DNA from: Desulfobulbus propionicus DSM 2032
GTDB lineage: Bacteria; Desulfobacterota; Desulfobulbia; Desulfobulbales; Desulfobulbaceae
Assembly (NCBI RefSeq): GCF_000186885.1
Contig: NC_014972.1
Location: forward strand, 1,770,001-1,802,000
DNA: 32,000 bases
Reading direction: 5' to 3'
The position numbers and the translations under genes were made by a program. Below are positions 27,360 to 32,000 of this stretch, piece after piece (position 1 is the stretch's first letter; each line of letters begins with the position of its first letter). The notes beneath the pieces were generated by a model. The model saw nothing but the letters and a program-made list of their open reading frames with translations. It did no database searches and had not been told where the DNA came from.

Positions 27360-29555
27360 TCATCCGACAATCTCCAGCTTGGCGTAGTCGAGATGGAGGA
27401 TTTTGCTGCCGTGACGGTCGAACAGCACCTCGACCCGTCGGGGTCCGGGAATGGAGGTGATCCGGCCCAGGCCGAAAAAGGCGTGGCTGACCTGCATTCC
27501 CTCCGCATAGACCACCCGCGCCGAGGCCACCTTGGGTTGGACCGGCGGTTGCATTCGTTCTTCGTACTGGCTGGTCAAAGGGACGGTCACCGCGCCGCCT
27601 CGTTCGACCATAGTGTACAGGCCGGGGCTGATCTCGCGGAGAAAGGGGGACATGCCGGTGCGCACGGTCTGCCGGTCCGGCATGATCATTTCGCGCGGGT
27701 AGGTGAGGTACAACAGCTTTTTGGCCCGGGTGGCGGCCACATAGAGCAGCCGCCGTTCTTCTTCCCACTGTTCGCCCGGGGTGGCGTGCTGATGGGGAAA
27801 CCGCCCTTCGGCCAAACCGATCACGAAAACCGTGTCCCATTCCAGCCCCTTGGCCGAGTGGATGGTGGAGAGGATCAGCCGCTGGCCGTCCTCGTTCGCG
27901 TCATCCGAAGTGGTTGCCTCGGGCGGATCCAGGGCGGTGTCGTCGACAAAGGACTGCAAGTCGCCATAACCGGCGATCAGGGCCTTGATCTGATCCAGCT
28001 CCTTGCGCCGTTTGGGATAGTCGTCGTAGTACATTTTCTGAAACACCGGCTCGTAGTAGGCCATCACCAGGTCGAACTGATCGGATGGGGTCAGGGCCGG
28101 GTCGAGCAGCTGATGCAAGGTGCGGGTGAGGTGCTCGAACTGGGTTTTCCAGGCCGGTCCGGGCCGGTAGGCGGCCAGGGCGGCGATCGGGGTGTCGGAT
28201 TCGCGGATGGCCTGCAAAATCTTGTGCACCGTCTTGGGGCCGACCTTTTCCAGTTGGAGCAGGATGCGGTTCCAACTGAGGTTGTCCCAGGGGTTGATCA
28301 CCACCCGGAAAAACGAGAGCAGGTCCTTGATGTGGGCCGATTCGGTCAGCTTGAGGCCGCCGCGCTTGTCAAAGTCAAAACCCTGACTGGCCAGCTCGAT
28401 CTCCAGCTTGAAGGAGTGGAAGCCGGAGCGGAACAACACGGCCATGTCGTTTACGGCCACGCCCTCGGCCTGCCGTTTTTGGATTTCCTGGACCACATAG
28501 CGGGCCTCGGCCGCCTCGTTGGGCGCGACGACCAGCTGCGGCCGGGTGCCGCCAGTGATGCTGGTGAACAGGGTTTTAGTGAATTTTTTCTCGGCGTTGG
28601 CGATCACCGCGTTGGTGAGTTGCAGGATCGGTTCGGTGGAGCGGTAGTTTTCCTCGAGCTTGACGATCCGCGCCCCGGGAAACTGATCGGGAAAGCGCAT
28701 GATGTTGAAGAAATCCGCGCCCCGGAAACTGTAGATCGATTGGGCGTCGTCGCCGACCACCATGACGTTGCTGTGGCGATAGGCCAGCAGGCGGACGATC
28801 TCGGCCTGAAGTTGGTTGGTGTCCTGGTATTCGTCGACCAAGATGTGTTGAAAGCGGGTCGACAGCTCGTGCCGCGCCTGTTCGGACTCGGCCAGGAGCC
28901 GCTTCCAGTGGACCAGCAGGTCATCGTAGTCCATCAGGCCGTGGTCGAGCTTGAATTGCCGGTAATGGTCGGCGATGGTGTAAAAATCGTTGATAAACTC
29001 GGTCAGATGGATGAAATCGTTGTGGACCAGCTGCTCGATGGAGGTTGATTTGTTGATCGCCCCGGAGATCAGGTTCATCACCACCCGCTTGGAAGGGAAC
29101 CGTTTGCCGGCCCCGCCCATGCCCAATGAGGATTTGAGCAGATTGATGATCCCCTCGGCGTCGCCCCGGTCGATGATGGTGAAGTTGGAGCCCAGGCCCA
29201 GATGGTGGCCGTAGCGGCGCAGCAGAATGTTGGCGGTGGCGTGGAAGGTGCCGCCCATGATCCGGCGGCAGGAACCGGCGGTCAGCTCGCCGGCCCGGTG
29301 GAGCATCTCCTGGGCCGCGCGGCGGGTAAAGGTGAGCAGCAGGATCGATTCCGGCTCCACCCCCTGTTCGATCAAATAGGCCATGCGGTAGACCAGGGTG
29401 CGAGTCTTGCCGCTCCCGGCGCCGGCAATGACCAGGATGGGACCGTCACCGTGGGTGGCGGCGGCATACTGGGCAGGATTGAGCACCTCGGGGCTGACGG
29501 TGGAAACGGGCGTGGTCTGTTGCTGGTCGCTGGCGGAAACATGTTGGGTCTGCAT
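27360..29555 (-). CDS. ATP-dependent DNA helicase, UvrD/PcrA/Rep (SF1) family
   Basis: ~731 aa; LNPAQYAAATHGDGPILVIAGAGSGKTRTLVYR (Walker A), ILVDEYQDTNQLQAEI, GDDAQSIYSFRGA, LEENYRST, LSTIHSAKGLEWDTVFV; C-terminal VSHAFFGLGRITSI module. Confidence 0.94.
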   Translation of the reverse strand: MQTQHVSASDQQQTTPVSTVSPEVLNPAQYAAATHGDGPILVIAGAGSGKTRTLVYRMAYLIEQGVEPESILLLTFTRRAAQEMLHRAGELTAGSCRRIMGGTFHATANILLRRYGHHLGLGSNFTIIDRGDAEGIINLLKSSLGMGGAGKRFPSKRVVMNLISGAINKSTSIEQLVHNDFIHLTEFINDFYTIADHYRQFKLDHGLMDYDDLLVHWKRLLAESEQARHELSTRFQHILVDEYQDTNQLQAEIVRLLAYRHSNVMVVGDDAQSIYSFRGADFFNIMRFPDQFPGARIVKLEENYRSTEPILQLTNAVIANAEKKFTKTLFTSITGGTRPQLVVAPNEAAEARYVVQEIQKRQAEGVAVNDMAVLFRSGFHSFKLEIELASQGFDFDKRGGLKLTESAHIKDLLSFFRVVINPWDNLSWNRILLQLEKVGPKTVHKILQAIRESDTPIAALAAYRPGPAWKTQFEHLTRTLHQLLDPALTPSDQFDLVMAYYEPVFQKMYYDDYPKRRKELDQIKALIAGYGDLQSFVDDTALDPPEATTSDDANEDGQRLILSTIHSAKGLEWDTVFVIGLAEGRFPHQHATPGEQWEEERRLLYVAATRAKKLLYLTYPREMIMPDRQTVRTGMSPFLREISPGLYTMVERGGAVTVPLTSQYEERMQPPVQPKVASARVVYAEGMQVSHAFFGLGRITSIPGPRRVEVLFDRHGSKILHLDYAKLEIVG

Positions 29556-29597
29556 GGCGGCTTTTGTACCACGGCGAGGCGGACGCCGCAATGGCTG

Positions 29598-29639
29598 TTG
29601 ACAGGGACGGCGGGGAGTGGGTAAAGTCGCCGCGGCGAC
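29598..29639 (+). promoter_or_regulatory. Candidate promoter (TTGACA 29598-29603, weak -10 TAAAGT 29622-29627) followed by a perfect 14-bp palindrome GTCGCCGCGGCGAC (29626-29639)
   Basis: Read directly in the divergent intergenic gap; 18-nt spacer; the palindrome overlaps the proposed -10 edge. Confidence 0.3.
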
Positions 29640-29745
29640 GAACGCCTGGAAATAATTCGCCTTTGCCTTCAAGATGTCGCCTTTTTCTTGTGGGTCGGGC
29701 AAACGGCAGTTTGGAATACCAACGAATCGACACTGTTGAGTGAAT

Positions 29746-30147
29746 ATGAAGAGACAACCAGAACAGATCTTTACCGAGAAGACGCTCGCGGCTCTTTTTC
29801 CAGCGGAGCGTTCCAACGATTTTTTTGATGCCCTGTTCGGCGATGCCAGCGAGGGGGCCTACGATATCGCGCTCAGTTTTGAGGGCTATGACCAGACCAC
29901 ACAGACGCTCCGCTTCCTGCTCAACCTGCACGAGCGGCCCGGCCGCTGTCTGGCCTGCAACCTGACCCACGGGCTGCCCGAGGTGTTCAAGCGGCACCCG
30001 ATCATCAATATCAAGGGCTTGGTGGCGGAGATCGAAACACTGCTGGGCGGGGAGATGGTCTGCGCGGACTGGTCGTTGGGGCATACCATCCAGAAGGGAC
30101 GGTCGCTGCACTGCATCCCGCTGACCATCAAGCTGCGCGAAGGGTAA
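29746..30147 (+). CDS. Conserved-looking hypothetical protein, ~133 aa
   Basis: MKRQPEQIFTEKTLAALFPAERSNDFFDALFGDASEGAYDIALSFEGYDQTTQTLRFLLNLHERPGRCLACNLTHGLPEVFKRHP...; protein-like composition, own strand with no larger ORF opposite. A GTG at 29740 is an alternative start. Confidence 0.75.
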   Translation: MKRQPEQIFTEKTLAALFPAERSNDFFDALFGDASEGAYDIALSFEGYDQTTQTLRFLLNLHERPGRCLACNLTHGLPEVFKRHPIINIKGLVAEIETLLGGEMVCADWSLGHTIQKGRSLHCIPLTIKLREG

Positions 30148-30197
30148 AGGCCTGATCGTTTCTTCGGCGGAGTCGCGACGGCCGATAACGGGGCTGT

Positions 30198-31196
30198 TTA
30201 GTTGACCGCGACCTGGGCGCGACCGTTGGCCTTGGCCTGGTAGAGGATGTCGTCGGCCCGTTCCAGCCAGGCATCGAGCTGCATGCCGCTTTTCCATTCG
30301 GACAGGCCGATGCTGACCGCCAGGCGCCCGGCCTGGGTGACGATGTTGAGTTCTTCCACGGCCTGGCACAACCGTTCGGCCAGGAAACGGGCATCCTCCA
30401 TGGCGGTATCGGGAAGGACGAGCAGGAATTCGTCGCCGCCCATGCGCACCAGCAGGTCGGAGAGCCGGATCTGACGCTGCAGCACCTCGGCCACCTGTTT
30501 GAGGACCTGATCGCCCATCAGATGCCCCATGGTGTCGTTGACCGCCTTGAAGTGGTCCAGATCCAGGGCCGCCAGAGTCAACGGCCGGCCATGGCGGTTG
30601 GCCTGCTCGACGATTGCCCCGATCCGCTCCTCGAAGACAAAACGGTTGGGCAGACCGGTGAGGCTGTCCTTGCGGGCCTGGGCAAAGATCTCTTCATACT
30701 CGATCGCCCGTTTGAGCGGATCGGCGAGAATCATCAGTGATTCGTCGATGAACTGCAATTCGTCCTCGGTCAGCGGCTTGCCCTTGCGCAGCATCACCAG
30801 CAGCCCGTAGCAGTCGGTGGAGTTGAAGGCCCATTTATGCACATGAAAGCCATCGGCCCGCACCATGGGCGGTTGAGCGTCCTGCTCCAAAACTTCCTGG
30901 GCCAATTGAATGGCCTGCCGCCGCTGCGGCCCATGATAGGAACAAAACATGTGCATCCGCTTCCGGCCGGGGTTGTGGTAGCCGATCAGTTCATGTCCGA
31001 CAAACTCCATCAACCAGATCGAGTAGGCCTCGATCATGGCCGGCAGATCGAGAATGCCCGCCATCCGTTGATACAGCGTATTGATCTTGCGCAATTTTTC
31101 CGATTGCTGCCGATAATGGCTCAGCTCGGACAACAGATTTTCCATGGTGGCGGCAATTTGAACATCGACCTGCTCATCAAGGGATTTCAATTCCAT
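30198..31196 (-). CDS. Diguanylate cyclase (GGDEF) with N-terminal GAF-like sensory region
   Basis: DSLTGLPNRFVFEERI...LDHFKAVNDTMGHLMGDQVL...RLSDLLVRMGGDEFLLVLPD: intact GGDEF and I-site (RLSD five residues upstream). The ORF-track start at 31361 looks spurious; a GTG at 31205 is also possible. Confidence 0.92.
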   Translation of the reverse strand: MELKSLDEQVDVQIAATMENLLSELSHYRQQSEKLRKINTLYQRMAGILDLPAMIEAYSIWLMEFVGHELIGYHNPGRKRMHMFCSYHGPQRRQAIQLAQEVLEQDAQPPMVRADGFHVHKWAFNSTDCYGLLVMLRKGKPLTEDELQFIDESLMILADPLKRAIEYEEIFAQARKDSLTGLPNRFVFEERIGAIVEQANRHGRPLTLAALDLDHFKAVNDTMGHLMGDQVLKQVAEVLQRQIRLSDLLVRMGGDEFLLVLPDTAMEDARFLAERLCQAVEELNIVTQAGRLAVSIGLSEWKSGMQLDAWLERADDILYQAKANGRAQVAVN

Positions 31197-31455
31197 GGCA
31201 TTCACTGAGGGGTGATAATTCCGTCGGGTGTGGAGCGATTCCGGTTGCCTCGACGCGCAGCCCAAGGCCTGCGGGGAGAACCATATGGAAAGAGTTAAGC
31301 GAATTGCATGCCTGTTTTGCTGAAATGTATTTTTTGTATGTAACATTAAAAGATTACCCACAGATAACGAATTCGGCGATCCTCTGCAAGCTGTTCATCG
31401 GGCGATTAGTCAGAATTTCGACAGTTGAGGTGAGGCGAGGGAAAAGGAGGGAACG

Positions 31456-32000
31456 GTGCCAGGAAAAATGACGATCGGCCAGATGTTCGTGGTCGGCTTT
31501 CGCGGCTGTGACATCGGCGCCAATGCTTGGCTTGTCGAGGCCATTGCCCGCGACGGCCTGGGCGGGGTAATCCTCTTTGACCGCAATGTCGACCGTTCGG
31601 TGCAGAACATCGAGTCGCCCGAACAGTTGCGGCGGTTGACCGCCGGCTTGCAACAGCAAGCCCGCACGCCGTTGTTCATCGCCGTTGATCAGGAAGGGGG
31701 CCGGGTTTGCCGGTTGAAGGAGCGGGACGGTTTTTTGCCCTCGCATTCCGCCGCCGAGCTGGCTGCGCTGGGTATCGAGGCCACCGCCCATCATGCCGAT
31801 ATTCTGGCGGAGGAACTGGCGGCCTGCGGCATCAACCTCAATTTCGCGCCGGTGGTCGATCTCGATCTCAATCCGGACAATCCGATCATCGGCCGTTACC
31901 AGCGGAGTTTCGGCGCCGATCCGGCCACGGTGGCCAGCCATGCCCGCGTCTTCGTCGAGGCCCATCACCGCCACGGTGTCGGCTGCTGTCTCAAGCATTT
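31456..32000 (+). CDS. Glycoside hydrolase family 3 / beta-N-acetylhexosaminidase-like, 5' part only (runs off right edge)
   Basis: GTG at 31456 with AGGAGG at 31445-31450; [17 protein letters not shown]...[12 protein letters not shown]...[16 protein letters not shown]...[58 protein letters not shown]. Confidence 0.9.
   Translation, partial: [181 protein letters not shown]

Noticed and set aside
27312-29048. 578-aa plus-strand ORF opposite the UvrD/PcrA gene
   Set aside because: In codon register with the helicase gene; all helicase motifs lie on the minus strand.
1-32000. CRISPR arrays, tRNA/rRNA genes, insertion sequences, prophage, retron, diversity-generating elements or a multi-gene defence island
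   Set aside because: No regularly spaced direct repeats, no reverse transcriptase, transposase, integrase or phage genes, and no RNA-gene signatures were recognised. Coding is nearly continuous with conserved cellular families. tRNAscan-SE, Infernal and DefenseFinder would be the decisive checks.

Overview
This is a GC-rich, densely coded bacterial window, probably from a Deltaproteobacteria/Desulfobulbales-like genome (taxon inferred only from gene style). It is almost entirely chromosomal housekeeping and envelope genes, mostly on the minus strand. In order it carries: YciB; a GH26-like lipoprotein; a three-domain protein (GH18-like + NodB deacetylase + processive GT2); a YibE/F permease; a PhoA-type alkaline phosphatase; a plus-strand CadC/SmtB-like ArsR regulator with an SO_0444-type metal permease; penicillin-binding protein 1C with a very large alpha-2-macroglobulin; a GNAT acetyltransferase; a HerA/YjgR-like ATPase; a DUF2784-like membrane protein; a small secreted protein; an AcuB-like CBS(-ACT) protein; a FapA/DUF342 protein; UraA; a small HNH nuclease; FolC; and a UvrD/PcrA helicase. 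The right end has a plus-strand conserved hypothetical, a diguanylate cyclase and the start of a GH3/NagZ-like gene. I saw no tRNA, rRNA, CRISPR array, transposase or prophage genes, and no convincing undescribed defence or mobile system. The best leads are (i) the polysaccharide-synthesis fusion, whose GH18-like domain appears to have Gln at the catalytic Glu position, next to a GH26 gene, and (ii) the metal-sensing regulator with two predicted metal sites, a SmtB/CzrA-like operator over its own promoter, and an apparently near-leaderless start.
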